Positions 1 through 9,179 of a DNA stretch of 42,066 nt are shown piece by piece. Below the pieces are notes generated by a model. That model ran no database searches and had not been told where the DNA came from. It saw only the letters and a program-made list of their open reading frames with translations. Origin of the DNA: a virus (lineage: Duplodnaviria > Heunggongvirae > Uroviricota > Caudoviricetes); the IMG/VR virus record IMGVR_UViG_2579778919_000006, positions 1-42,066 of that record; one strand, 5' to 3'. The translations under genes were made by a program, and so were the position numbers. Each line of letters starts with the position of its first letter. Position 1 is the stretch's first letter.

Positions 1-390
1 TCACATCACCGGGCAATCATCAAACTCTGCATTCCTGGCGTCATTGATGATGTAAGTAAGCACCCCAAATACAGCGGGTGCAGAACTGTAACCGCCATCA
101 TCTACTGGCAGCGCCTCCTTTCTCCCGTTCTCCAGATTAACGAGGTGGGGTTGAGGATGTGTCCGATATCGCTTGATCCTAAATTCTCCGTCTATCGCGC
201 AGATCAGCAGCGAGCCATCACAGGCTGAAAGTGAGGCATCAACAACAAGCAGCGCCCCCTGAATTATCCCTTCCCTGAAATGTGAACGCGATGCACGCAT
301 GAAATAAGTCGCTGCGGGCTGGCTGATTAACTGCTGATCGAGGGAGATTCGTGTTTCAACGTAATCCGTAGCCGGCGAAGGAAAGCCCAT
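1..390 (-). CDS. UmuD'-like protein (peptidase S24 fold, no N-terminal arm, degenerate serine motif)
   Basis: 129-aa ORF starting M-GFPSPATDY, which aligns to UmuD/ImpA immediately after the Cys-Gly self-cleavage site; LLVVD and GEF-x-IKR motifs kept, but the GDSM serine motif position reads RSHF; stop codon is nt 1-3 of the window; TAATG start/stop overlap with the upstream ORF. Confidence 0.6.
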   Translation of the reverse strand: MGFPSPATDYVETRISLDQQLISQPAATYFMRASRSHFREGIIQGALLVVDASLSACDGSLLICAIDGEFRIKRYRTHPQPHLVNLENGRKEALPVDDGGYSSAPAVFGVLTYIINDARNAEFDDCPVM

Positions 391-629
391 TAGAAAACCC
401 TCCCCATGTTACGCAGGATCCAGTATCGGTTCTCGCTTCCGTTTGTCGTCTTATCAGCGAAGTCAGGCTGGTATCGCTCTATCCATGCATTGGCGTCATA
501 CTGGCTGAAATGCCAGTTTCTATCGCGTAATTCAGCAATAAATTTATTTGTATTAAGACAAAGATAGCCCTTCGGATTCTGTTGTATGGCCGCCAAAAAA
601 GCCGCATGGATATCATATTGACGAGGCAT
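390..629 (-). CDS. hypothetical small protein, translationally coupled to the UmuD'-like gene
   Basis: ORF track 390..647 begins at a GTG; first ATG (629) has a GAGGG Shine-Dalgarno about 9 nt upstream; about 79 aa (MPRQYDIHAAF...); no family recognised. Confidence 0.4.
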   Translation of the reverse strand: MPRQYDIHAAFLAAIQQNPKGYLCLNTNKFIAELRDRNWHFSQYDANAWIERYQPDFADKTTNGSENRYWILRNMGRVF

Positions 630-653
630 AAGTGTCGCCCTCACCACACCATT

Positions 654-673
654 GACTGTATGTATATACAGTG
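654..673. promoter_or_regulatory. LexA (SOS) box in a divergent promoter region
   Basis: gaCTGTatgtatatACAGtg matches CTGT-N8-ACAG; overlaps a TTGACT -35 (652-657) with TATTTT -10 (675-680) for the + strand dinI-like gene; lies about 25 nt upstream of the minus-strand ORF start. Confidence 0.75.
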
Positions 674-714
674 GTATTTTTGTTAGTACAGATCAAGTAA
701 GCGAGTATGATGTG

Positions 715-981
715 ATGTTAGTTGAACTGGTTTATGACAAGCGAAATGTTGAGGGACTCGAAGGGGCCAGAGAGATCATTCTGGCCGAGCTGACGAAGCG
801 GGTGCACCAGATTTTCCCTGATGCCGAAGTGAAGGTGAAGCCGATGCAGGCAAATGGCCTAAATAGCGATGCCAGCAAAAGCGATCGGGAAAAACTGAAC
901 CGCATGCTGGAGGAAATGTTTGAAGAGTCCGATATGTGGTTGGTTTCAGAGTTCCCGACTGTTCGCCAGGTTGGCCTATAA
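715..981 (+). CDS. dinI: DinI-family SOS protein (MsgA/DinI-like)
   Basis: MLVELVYDKRNVEGL...EEMFEESDMWLVSE matches the DinI/MsgA family as I recall it; LexA box 45 nt upstream; the track ORF starts further upstream at 652. Confidence 0.8.
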   Translation: MLVELVYDKRNVEGLEGAREIILAELTKRVHQIFPDAEVKVKPMQANGLNSDASKSDREKLNRMLEEMFEESDMWLVSEFPTVRQVGL

Positions 982-1036
982 ATCTTGTTCGGGTAATATT
1001 CCCGGCGTTTGCTCGGGCATGAACACTGAGCAATCA

Positions 1037-1080
1037 ACCGCCGCTCATTCTTACACAAAATGGACGGCGGTTTTTTTTAA
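1037..1080 (+). terminator. putative intrinsic terminator after the dinI-like gene
   Basis: accgccg ... cggcggt stem followed by T8 (1071-1078); the loop is long, so strength is uncertain. Confidence 0.4.
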
Positions 1081-2516
1081 GACCCCTGTTCCTGCTTTAA
1101 AGCCTCTTCCGTTTGTTTCTGTTTCTTTTTCTGATTCCAGATGCTACTCGCTGGCATTTCTACACGAACGCTGACGAACTGATCGGCCGGGATGTCAACC
1201 GGATCGCCATCAGCCAATCCATCACGCTCATTCCTGGCAAATGCTGGAGCCGAAGGATGTTCGCGGTGATAGGTTTTGACCAACACAGAACCATCGGCAT
1301 TAACCTCATAATCCAGCCAAATCAGCGGTTGTTTATTCCGGTCTGTGGGAATCTCAAACCCTCCGTCGATACCGCCCCAGGCAGCGTCTGAATTGAGTGA
1401 TTCACACCCATCAATGAGATATTGGCCTACATCCAGACGAGTGACCGTAACACCTTCTGATTCATCGTTAGTTTCATATCGTCCGTCACCGTAAATCTTC
1501 ACAATTGGTGACGCGATTTTGATAAACCCGTTGCTATCTACGGTTGTGTTGCTTGTATCACGCACTACGGCGAGATTGTACCAGGACTGAGAGTTGGGGT
1601 TATAAACCTTATAACCGAACCCACGTTTACCATTATTGTCGCCATAAAAACCTATTAGCTGCATTCGGGCGGCTTCATCGGCAGAGGTAATATCAATCCA
1701 TGCCCCTAAGGCTCCACCTTCAACCTGGCCAGTAATGAAGCCGGTACTGTTTTTCCAGTAAATGTTCGTCGGTGTATCACCAGGCGCAAACCGTGCTGTC
1801 TTTTGTCTTATGGCTCCAATGTTAGTACAGGCTCCCCAGTAATCTCCGGTGGTTGCCCCCGTTCCGCCATAACGGGTTCCGAGTGGTACCGGATTACCAT
1901 TATCCGAAACAACGACGCCCCATTCGTCTTTTCGTACGACAAGCGCATGATCCCGCGACGGGCCATAGACGATGCTCTGATCTTCCTGGGTAACGAATGT
2001 GCCTAAACCGAGGTTTGTTCGAGCGTCTTCTGCCTTCGTTGCCCCGGTCCCGCCCTGCGCAATAGAAAGCGCAGTAGTGAGTCCTTTCAGCTCCGTGATA
2101 TCGCTGTTTGCCCCCTTTCTGGCAAGTGCACCAATGCCCGGAATATTCACGGAAGCTCCGTTGATGGTAACGGTGATGGTCTGGTTTGCTGAGGTAGTGG
2201 CGAACGTCTCCCACGCGCCAATATTCTCGTCATATTCTTTGATGAGCTGCGACATTGCCTGGGCCAGTCCGTCGACGGAGATAATGTCTGACACCAGAAT
2301 GGCGTATTTCTGGCCGCTCAGCGCCGGAGAAGCTGCAGGCGTTACCGTCATTGACGTGGCGCTATTCACGGATGAAATCTGGAACATCTGAACCGGGTTA
2401 GACATGACAATAATCGTCTGGCCAGCGCGAACCTGGCTGGCCGGTGCAGTCCAGTTTGTACCGGAGCCGGTTGCGGTATTTCCGTTAATAGAGATAGTTC
2501 CGGTGCTATAAATCAT
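1077..2516 (-). CDS. phage tail fibre protein
   Basis: 479 aa, Gly/Thr/Ser/Asn-rich with tail-fibre-like N-terminus MIYSTGTISINGNTATGSG; downstream of J in the tail module; no tail fibre assembly gene follows. Confidence 0.7.
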   Translation of the reverse strand: MIYSTGTISINGNTATGSGTNWTAPASQVRAGQTIIVMSNPVQMFQISSVNSATSMTVTPAASPALSGQKYAILVSDIISVDGLAQAMSQLIKEYDENIGAWETFATTSANQTITVTINGASVNIPGIGALARKGANSDITELKGLTTALSIAQGGTGATKAEDARTNLGLGTFVTQEDQSIVYGPSRDHALVVRKDEWGVVVSDNGNPVPLGTRYGGTGATTGDYWGACTNIGAIRQKTARFAPGDTPTNIYWKNSTGFITGQVEGGALGAWIDITSADEAARMQLIGFYGDNNGKRGFGYKVYNPNSQSWYNLAVVRDTSNTTVDSNGFIKIASPIVKIYGDGRYETNDESEGVTVTRLDVGQYLIDGCESLNSDAAWGGIDGGFEIPTDRNKQPLIWLDYEVNADGSVLVKTYHREHPSAPAFARNERDGLADGDPVDIPADQFVSVRVEMPASSIWNQKKKQKQTEEALKQEQGS

Positions 2517-3026
2517 AACAACTCCTAAATTTAGACAACATGAAGCCCGGAGAGGTATATAACCATCACCAGAAATAATTTCTGAATTGGTTTTTAATAC
2601 ATGTTGGGCAACGCCAGTGTTGGCATAGCTATAGTTGTATCAAATGCCATTGACCACCCACCCAAATAATAATTGCCGACTACTTTATTCCTTTCCGCTA
2701 TGACATTCCAACCTGTCATTACAATTCCTTTATACCTAATATTTCCGTAACCACCAACGTGTCGACAGTTAGCCCCGGTATAAACAATCTGGCAAAATTC
2801 ATCACCAATATTCAGGTTCGCATTGGCGATATTTATTGTCCCATCAAAAATGAATGGCTTCGTGCAAGTAAGAAGACGTTTGCGTTGACGATTGGTTTAT
2901 TCAATCCATCAACTAAAATACCATGTAAACGAATTGCCATGAGTTGTGCCCTTATATAAGATCGGGGTTTACATCTTAAATTATATCCCTATATAGTTGT
3001 TACACACAAACATAAAGGAGTTCGAA

Positions 3027-3305
3027 ATGAAGACTTTAATCTGCGCCATTATCCTTTCTATGACTGCTACTTTTGCTTATGCGACTGGCCCTTCCGGTGG
3101 TACTGGTGGTCCAGGTAATAGTGGCGCTGGTGGCTCATCATTAGGTGGGCATACCGGTGGAGTAAGTAACATTGAGCACCAGACTGTCATCTATGAAGGC
3201 ACTACCGCTGGTAAAGCTAAAGCTGAGTGGATGAAAGGTAAAAAAGTCAAACCTGATTGCTCACCAGCTATGAACCGTGTTGGTTGGTCCGAAGGTTGCA
3301 AATAA
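3027..3305 (+). CDS. small secreted glycine-rich protein (moron)
   Basis: AAGGAG Shine-Dalgarno 7 nt before ATG; signal-peptide-like N-terminus MKTLICAIILSMTATFAYA; Gly/Ser-rich middle; two C-terminal Cys; opposite strand to flanking tail genes. Confidence 0.45.
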   Translation: MKTLICAIILSMTATFAYATGPSGGTGGPGNSGAGGSSLGGHTGGVSNIEHQTVIYEGTTAGKAKAEWMKGKKVKPDCSPAMNRVGWSEGCK

Positions 3306-3307
3306 TT

Positions 3308-3334
3308 AAATAAAGGGCCATAAGGCCCTTTATT
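3308..3334. terminator. bidirectional intrinsic terminator
   Basis: perfect 8-bp stem aaagggcc-ataa-ggcccttt with an A-run on one side and a T-run on the other; sits between convergent J and the secreted-protein gene. Confidence 0.6.
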
Positions 3335-6300
3335 TTATGAGTAAGTAAACGATCCAGAACCTCTTGTTACAATCATTGTTGGACTTCTTAACCATCTATT
3401 AGTAGCACCCTCCTTAAATACGATTTTTGCAGTTACAGTTTCCGCAGTAACACCTTTAAAAGTGGCCATAACTGTACCAGACGTGGACAACATGCCGCCT
3501 TCCGTATTACGAACGGATGTGCCTGCGAATGCGCTTTTAGTAACACCATTCACGGTAATTTCCACCCCTAGTAACATCCCTGGATATTTAGGAACACCAG
3601 AAAGGTTAGCCATGACTGTGATGGTCTTAGTTGTATTAGCCGTATCCTTATAAGTGATTGTACGTGTCATATCGTACGTGCCACCTTCGCCGTATAAATC
3701 GTCAGCAACACCCATGTTGCATACATCACCAATAAAACTAGTAGCTTCTACAGTCCCTTTGAACTTACCGCTTGTTGCTTGTATCTCACCAGTAAATCTA
3801 CCGTCACTAGCATATACTACACCTCTGACGGTCACATTGTTGAATTCAGCATCTCCAGCTTTATTCAACTTCCAACCAGCAGAACCAGCTGCATAGTTGT
3901 TGGACTGGATGTAATTGCCGATTTTGGCGTTCTCAATGGTGCCGTCCTGGATGAAACTGGCCCGGATGAATGTCTGCCCGTTCTGGATCACGAACGGCAA
4001 AGCCACGCTGTTTCCGGCTGCCGTGGTGACGGCGAAGCGGTCAGCCAGGAAGATAACCTGCGACTGCATGCCGGATGGCGTATTCTCCACGCCGATCCCC
4101 ATCCCCGCGGCGTAATACTGACCGTTGCTGGAAACGCCAACCTTGATGTTATACATCGCGCTGAGGTCGCCATTAACGTTGGCTATCGCCTGAGCATTAG
4201 TGGTGATGGCTGAGGTATGCCCGTTCACCGTCGCCGTGATGCTGTTTACCTGCGTGGCCATAGCCTGCTGGTAATCGGAGAACGTCTGGTTCAGGCTGTT
4301 GATGGATGCCTTGTTGCTGTTAACGTCCGTCTGCAGGCTCAGCAGCGAGCGCGCCGTTGCCTCCCTGTCGTTGACAATCACCTCATCAATACGGTCCAGA
4401 TTCGCGCTGTTGCCGGCGACCGATGCAGACAACGTTTTACGCGCGGCTACCTGCGCCAGGTTGCCCTGAATAATTGCGATAGCAGAGTTCTTCACCCCGC
4501 CCGTCATGCCGTCCATAGACACGCTGATGCTGTCTATTCGCTGGCCCAGTGCGGTATCAGCAGTCGCAACAGTCTGCTCAAGCTCTGAGAGAGAAGACGA
4601 CACATCACCGACCGTGCTCGAAAGCTCATTAACACTGGTCTGAACCTGCCCAATGTCCTGCGCGTTTTTTGCGATTTCCTGCGCCTGGAGCTCAAGTTCA
4701 TCGTTGGCCTGTTTGATGTCGTCAGCCATGCCAGCAATTTTTTCGTTGCTGTCCACCGCGTTCTCGATCAGGTCTTTGAACGTATCGGAGTCTTTCATGT
4801 CCTCCAGGATTGCATCGGTGATATCGGATACATCGATGCTGGCCTGCCCGCGCACAAAGTCTGTATACCCTGATTCGTTTCCGCTGCGGTCCACCAGCTG
4901 CGCGCGGTACCAGAAAATTTGCCCAGCCTTTAGGCCCATCTGCTGATATTTGCGCTGCGGGTAAGGCACATCGGCCAGCAGCATGGCATCGTCTTCAGTA
5001 CCGGTCAGGCTGTACTGAATTTCAGTCTTCAGCGTGTCGTCGGTATTCGCCTGGAATCTCCAGTTCAGCTCGATACCGAACACCACGTTTTCAGAGGCGA
5101 TAAAGCCAACCGGCTTCGGTGGATTGCCCACTTTACCCGTCAGCGTTTTCTCTTCTGAATAGCCCCATCCGGATGAAATTTCTGCGGCATTGATTGCGCG
5201 CACCCGCACCAGGTAGCGCCCGGCATAAATCCCCGGGACGTCGAATGACGTGGTGGAGGTGCGCGGCACGTTAACCCAGTTCCCGTCGTTGCGGCGCCAT
5301 TGCGCTTCATAGGCGATAGCGTTCTGCGCCTGGTCCCAGCTCACGCGCATTGTTTCGACGCTGATATTTTGCTGAACCACGGAAAACGAGCTGATCACGA
5401 TATTCGCAGGCGGCGACTGGTTGCCCGGCGGGATCACGCTCACCGGCCGTTGGTCAATGATGGCTCCGGTATCGATACGGGCATATTTATCCGGGTCGTG
5501 CCATGCGCCGGTAATCGAGAAAGTGCCATCATTGTTATCGGAAACGCTGACAACACGATACTGCTGCGCGTAAAGCTCGTCAGATTCAACCACCCAAACA
5601 GCTTCGGCCTGTGGCGTCTCACTGTATGCCGTGGTGACTGTGACTGATTCCCCGTTCACGGCCTGAATGGTCCTGCTCTGCGACGCTCCGGAAGGCAGGT
5701 TGAGAATAAGGCGATCACCTGGTGCTGCATCAGCTACGCGGTCAAGTTTGATAACGCGACCGTTAACGGCGCTGATGCGGCCGCCCATAACCTTTCCGGA
5801 AAGCAGCTCGTCTGCCACGGCGATGATGTAGCCCGGCTGCGGAATGTTTCCGTCCAGCCCGACATCAAACGAAACAACGCGATCCTTGTTATTGGTGAGA
5901 ATACCCCAGCGCCCCTTTCGGTTCGCCTCTGACTGCCTGGTGCAGCCGATGGCTGTCATTTCCAGCTGATTGAAGCCGTACCGCGCCACCAGCGCCTGCT
6001 CAAATACCGGCTCCATCGCGTCGGCATAAGCGTTACCCGGGTCTGACCATGAAACCAGCGCTGTGGTGTAGCGGCTTTTCGTGGTGCTGCTCGAATAGGT
6101 GAAGCGACCGCCAACAACGTTAGCGCGCGTATAGCTGTAATCAACATCGCGCGGCATGTCAGCCAGGGCCACAATCTGATCCCCGCCCCAGTAGGTCATG
6201 CCACGGAAGATAGCGGCAAAATCACGCAGGACTGTGTAGGCGTCGTTCCGGTCCTGAATGTACACGTTGCAGGTATAGCGTGGTTCTGTACCGTTGCCCC

Positions 6301-7279
6301 CTTTGCCGTCTGGTACCATCTGATCACAATACTGAGCAACCTGATAAAGCGTCCATTTATCAATATTCGCAGCGGTCAAACGGTGCCCAAGGCCGAACCG
6401 GTCAGAAACAACCAGGTCGTAAAAAATCCACGCAGGGTTATCCGTCCATGCCCACTTAAACGCACCGGTCCATGTACCGCTATAAGTGCGGGTTTCAGGG
6501 TCGTAGGTATCTGGAACGCGGATAACGCGGCCGCGCGGTTCGCATGAAATTTGAGGAATAGAGCCGTTGAACTGGCTTGAGTCGAATTCGACGTAGAGCA
6601 GCGCGGTGTTCGGGTAGCGCAGTTTGGCGTCAATCACCTCGGTGAAGCTCTGCAGCATCATCGTGTCGCCGATCTTCGCGCTGTTGGCGTCAGAGGTAAT
6701 CTTACGCAGACGTATTGTCCATGTGCTGCCAGCCTGCGGTAAATCGATACGGTGGCTGCGCTCATAACCAGACGTCGTTTTGCCGGTCACGCTGGTATTG
6801 AGTACCGTCTGCCATGTGCCGCCGTCAGTCTGCAGGTCAATCGCATAATTGACCGAGTAACCCACCAGATCGCCGTCGTCTTCCTGTTTGAAAAGCGAGG
6901 GCCATTTAAGACGCAGGCGAACTGCTGAAAGCTGCGTATTGGTAAACGTGCGCGTCCAGGCTGTGGCACTTGATACCTCAGTTCCTACGCTGATCTCGTT
7001 TTCGGTACCGGGAATACCCTGAATATATTTTTGCGCCTGCGTTCCCGCGCGAAACTCCCACGTTACCCCGCTGAAGTTTTGGGAGCCGTCAGCATTCTCC
7101 AGCGCTGTTCCGTCCAGGTAGATATCTTTGCCGGTGAGCTGTCCAGCAAACTCCCCTTCCCCAAGCGCAACGAGGATTTTTGCCTTCGCTACAGATTGCA
7201 GATCATCAGGCTGTTCGGTAGGGGTTCGGGAACTTGAGCTGCCGCCCTTGCGGCCTTTTAACACTTTATCTGTAGCCAT
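3335..7279 (-). CDS. J: tail tip / host specificity protein J
   Basis: 1314 aa; N-terminal and central regions resemble lambda gpJ as I recall it; gene order after I; long divergent C-terminal region. Confidence 0.9.
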   Translation of the reverse strand: MATDKVLKGRKGGSSSSRTPTEQPDDLQSVAKAKILVALGEGEFAGQLTGKDIYLDGTALENADGSQNFSGVTWEFRAGTQAQKYIQGIPGTENEISVGTEVSSATAWTRTFTNTQLSAVRLRLKWPSLFKQEDDGDLVGYSVNYAIDLQTDGGTWQTVLNTSVTGKTTSGYERSHRIDLPQAGSTWTIRLRKITSDANSAKIGDTMMLQSFTEVIDAKLRYPNTALLYVEFDSSQFNGSIPQISCEPRGRVIRVPDTYDPETRTYSGTWTGAFKWAWTDNPAWIFYDLVVSDRFGLGHRLTAANIDKWTLYQVAQYCDQMVPDGKGGNGTEPRYTCNVYIQDRNDAYTVLRDFAAIFRGMTYWGGDQIVALADMPRDVDYSYTRANVVGGRFTYSSSTTKSRYTTALVSWSDPGNAYADAMEPVFEQALVARYGFNQLEMTAIGCTRQSEANRKGRWGILTNNKDRVVSFDVGLDGNIPQPGYIIAVADELLSGKVMGGRISAVNGRVIKLDRVADAAPGDRLILNLPSGASQSRTIQAVNGESVTVTTAYSETPQAEAVWVVESDELYAQQYRVVSVSDNNDGTFSITGAWHDPDKYARIDTGAIIDQRPVSVIPPGNQSPPANIVISSFSVVQQNISVETMRVSWDQAQNAIAYEAQWRRNDGNWVNVPRTSTTSFDVPGIYAGRYLVRVRAINAAEISSGWGYSEEKTLTGKVGNPPKPVGFIASENVVFGIELNWRFQANTDDTLKTEIQYSLTGTEDDAMLLADVPYPQRKYQQMGLKAGQIFWYRAQLVDRSGNESGYTDFVRGQASIDVSDITDAILEDMKDSDTFKDLIENAVDSNEKIAGMADDIKQANDELELQAQEIAKNAQDIGQVQTSVNELSSTVGDVSSSLSELEQTVATADTALGQRIDSISVSMDGMTGGVKNSAIAIIQGNLAQVAARKTLSASVAGNSANLDRIDEVIVNDREATARSLLSLQTDVNSNKASINSLNQTFSDYQQAMATQVNSITATVNGHTSAITTNAQAIANVNGDLSAMYNIKVGVSSNGQYYAAGMGIGVENTPSGMQSQVIFLADRFAVTTAAGNSVALPFVIQNGQTFIRASFIQDGTIENAKIGNYIQSNNYAAGSAGWKLNKAGDAEFNNVTVRGVVYASDGRFTGEIQATSGKFKGTVEATSFIGDVCNMGVADDLYGEGGTYDMTRTITYKDTANTTKTITVMANLSGVPKYPGMLLGVEITVNGVTKSAFAGTSVRNTEGGMLSTSGTVMATFKGVTAETVTAKIVFKEGATNRWLRSPTMIVTRGSGSFTYS

Positions 7280-7291
7280 ATTGCGCCCATA

Positions 7292-7315
7292 AAAAAGCCA
7301 CCCAAAGGTGGCTAC
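7292..7315 (-). terminator. intrinsic terminator 13 nt upstream of the J start codon
   Basis: perfect 7-bp stem agccacc-caaa-ggtggct followed on the minus strand by TTTTTTAT. Confidence 0.5.
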
Positions 7316-7444
7316 TGTCTGAATATCAGGATGTTACAAATCTAAATACCTGGTTATGTTGTGGATTCAGCCCGCCAGCGGTGGGACGCTGGTGAACTCA
7401 TAACAGGTGGAATGGCTGATTACCTCTGGAAAAAGGAGAAGTAA

Positions 7445-7705
7445 ATGGGTTCGATGTTAGAACTGGAAAAAGAAGTGGCAGAGCTTAAACAAAAGCTGCT
7501 TACGCATGAAATTGCAACTGGCCTGATTCTATCGGACATTGTGAAATTACTGGACATTGCCCGGCCAGGCGCACTCGATGCTCTGACTAAAAACTATCAG
7601 GCAGGGCAAGCAAAAATCCCAGAATCAGCTGCACGTAATGATCCGCACACAATTGATGCGTTCACGCGCATCCTTAAAGTTTTAGAGGTGGCATCAAAGA
7701 AATAA
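7445..7705 (+). CDS. hypothetical protein, antisense moron inside the tail operon
   Basis: 86-aa ORF with AAGGAG Shine-Dalgarno 6 nt before ATG; predicted helical; converges on and overlaps the 3' end of the minus-strand ORF at 7674-7991. Confidence 0.4.
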   Translation: MGSMLELEKEVAELKQKLLTHEIATGLILSDIVKLLDIARPGALDALTKNYQAGQAKIPESAARNDPHTIDAFTRILKVLEVASKK

Positions 7706-7991
7706 TTAAATCGAGCTTTTCATTGAATATTTCTTCATGAGTTTTAGCGGCCTCATTCTGGGCCGCTGTTACCGTTCCACCGAAAACCCCTGCATCACCC
7801 TGCGAAATCTTTCCCTCCTTTACTCGCAAACTCCAGCCATTACCGGTGATGGTCGAATGAATAGCGCCACCTGGCCGTAGTGCGTTCTGAATGGCGGAAT
7901 TGACGATTGCCGGGTTATGCAGCTCTGCTATCTCCACCTGCAGGCTCGCGATGGTTGCCTCAAGCATGCTCATGCGCTCTTCTAAAGTCAT
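7674..7991 (-). CDS. hypothetical protein between tail genes I and J
   Basis: start re-set to the ATG with GGAG Shine-Dalgarno (track ORF extends to 8093); coiled-coil-like N-terminus then IVNSAIQNALRPGGAI, a motif shared with the C-terminus of the 24747-25367 ORF. Confidence 0.45.
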   Translation of the reverse strand: MTLEERMSMLEATIASLQVEIAELHNPAIVNSAIQNALRPGGAIHSTITGNGWSLRVKEGKISQGDAGVFGGTVTAAQNEAAKTHEEIFNEKLDLIISLMPPLKL

Positions 7992-8028
7992 AGTTTTCTC
8001 CTGCCTATCAGCTAATAAGTTAATTAAT

Positions 8029-8619
8029 TTACTGTTGATCTTCGACATAAATTCCGGCAGAAATAATCGCTCCGCCGATTCGACGCTTACCATAAAGCAG
8101 AGGCACTGGGTAGCCTTGCGCTGCAGTGTTGGTTACCCCGCCAAACGCATACGATGCACGGTTATCTGCACTTTGTTTGCTGGCCAGCCCCGCTGGTTGA
8201 GGGGAAAGCATCTGAACAACCCCGCCAATCATCATTGCGGCACCGAATTTGTATAAGAATGGTGATGCCGCAGCCCAGGGTGTGAAATTAAGCACCGCCC
8301 CAACGGCAACCAGAACTGCACCAAGTATTGTCTGGAGTAATCCGGCCTTTTTGCTCCCGATAATCACCGGGACAATGCGAATGACATCGCCGGTGACCGG
8401 GTAACCCAGGTCATCAACTCCTATGTTTTTCTTTCCTTTAAAAATGGCAAAGGTTAGTCCGCGGCGCTTGCTGTTTACCATATAACTTTCAAACCCGGTG
8501 ATTGTTTTTGCGAGTGCTACACCTGCTTCAGAAACTTTACTGATAAGTCGCCAATGAGTTTTACCAAATATTTTACCGGGTTCGCCGCCGAGCTCAATTC
8601 GAGTCATTGCTTCAGACAT
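8029..8619 (-). CDS. I: tail assembly protein I
   Basis: 196 aa with RIVPV...GGVVQMLSPQP...YGKRRIGGAIISAGIYVEDQQ, the gpI pattern as I recall it. Confidence 0.8.
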   Translation of the reverse strand: MSEAMTRIELGGEPGKIFGKTHWRLISKVSEAGVALAKTITGFESYMVNSKRRGLTFAIFKGKKNIGVDDLGYPVTGDVIRIVPVIIGSKKAGLLQTILGAVLVAVGAVLNFTPWAAASPFLYKFGAAMMIGGVVQMLSPQPAGLASKQSADNRASYAFGGVTNTAAQGYPVPLLYGKRRIGGAIISAGIYVEDQQ

Positions 8620-8632
8620 ATAAACCTCTTAA

Positions 8633-8660
8633 TAATAAAAAACCCCGCCTGAGCGAGGTT
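8633..8660 (-). terminator. putative intrinsic terminator after the lipoprotein gene
   Basis: 6-bp stem with one G-U pair (cctcgc-tcag-gcgggg) followed by a T-run on the minus strand. Confidence 0.35.
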
Positions 8661-8677
8661 ATATATAATTGCTGCAT

Positions 8678-9091
8678 TCAAAATGCTGTAGGGTAGATAC
8701 CAAAATCACCGTTGGTTCCGTAACCAACTCTAAACATCAAAACCCCAGTATCTGTCACCTTACCCGACTGTTCGCTCATGCCTCCGCCACACATACCTTT
8801 GGGCCAAGCGCTAAAGATATGATCTCCAATTTTGGGATAGACCGTTACCTTTTGAGCTGTATCTAAGTCTGCGACCTCCTTGCCATCAACATAAACTCGG
8901 GTCATGCAGGCGCTGCCCATAAAACCAGAGTCTCGTTTGATTATTACCTTGCCAGTCCCTTCTTTTTTTACTAGCAGTGTATTGCTGATAACCTGTTTTG
9001 CAGGAACATCCTGTGCTTGTTCATTTGTCACCGGCTTAGTTGCACAACCGGCAACCATTAAGATGGAGGTAAAAACTAAAATTCTTTTCAT
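8678..9091 (-). CDS. predicted lipoprotein (moron)
   Basis: start re-set to MKRILVFTSILMVAGC, a lipoprotein signal peptide with lipobox and Cys; about 137 aa; no family recognised. Confidence 0.55.
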   Translation of the reverse strand: MKRILVFTSILMVAGCATKPVTNEQAQDVPAKQVISNTLLVKKEGTGKVIIKRDSGFMGSACMTRVYVDGKEVADLDTAQKVTVYPKIGDHIFSAWPKGMCGGGMSEQSGKVTDTGVLMFRVGYGTNGDFGIYPTAF

Positions 9092-9179
9092 ATCCCTATC
9101 CCCTTTGGTCAATTTTGCCAAAAGAGTAGCAGGGATCGAGCGGTAGCAAAACCGAATGTTATCTTGGTTCACGCGCCCT

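Noticed and set aside
920-1174. Plus-strand 84-aa ORF overlapping the dinI 3' end and the tail fibre 3' end
   Set aside because: No ribosome-binding site, overlaps two better-supported genes and spans the terminator hairpin; likely a spurious reading frame.
2520-2996. A+T-rich 480-bp stretch between the tail fibre start and the secreted-protein gene containing only short broken reading frames
   Set aside because: Could be a decayed gene remnant, but I could not reconstruct a convincing frame or recognise homology by eye, so I do not call a pseudogene.
3462-7237. Multiple 60-140-aa ORFs on the plus strand inside J (and similar antisense ORFs inside H, A, B, C and the primase-helicase gene)
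   Set aside because: They are antisense to long, well-supported genes, lack Shine-Dalgarno sequences and have low-complexity translations typical of antisense frames of GC-rich genes.
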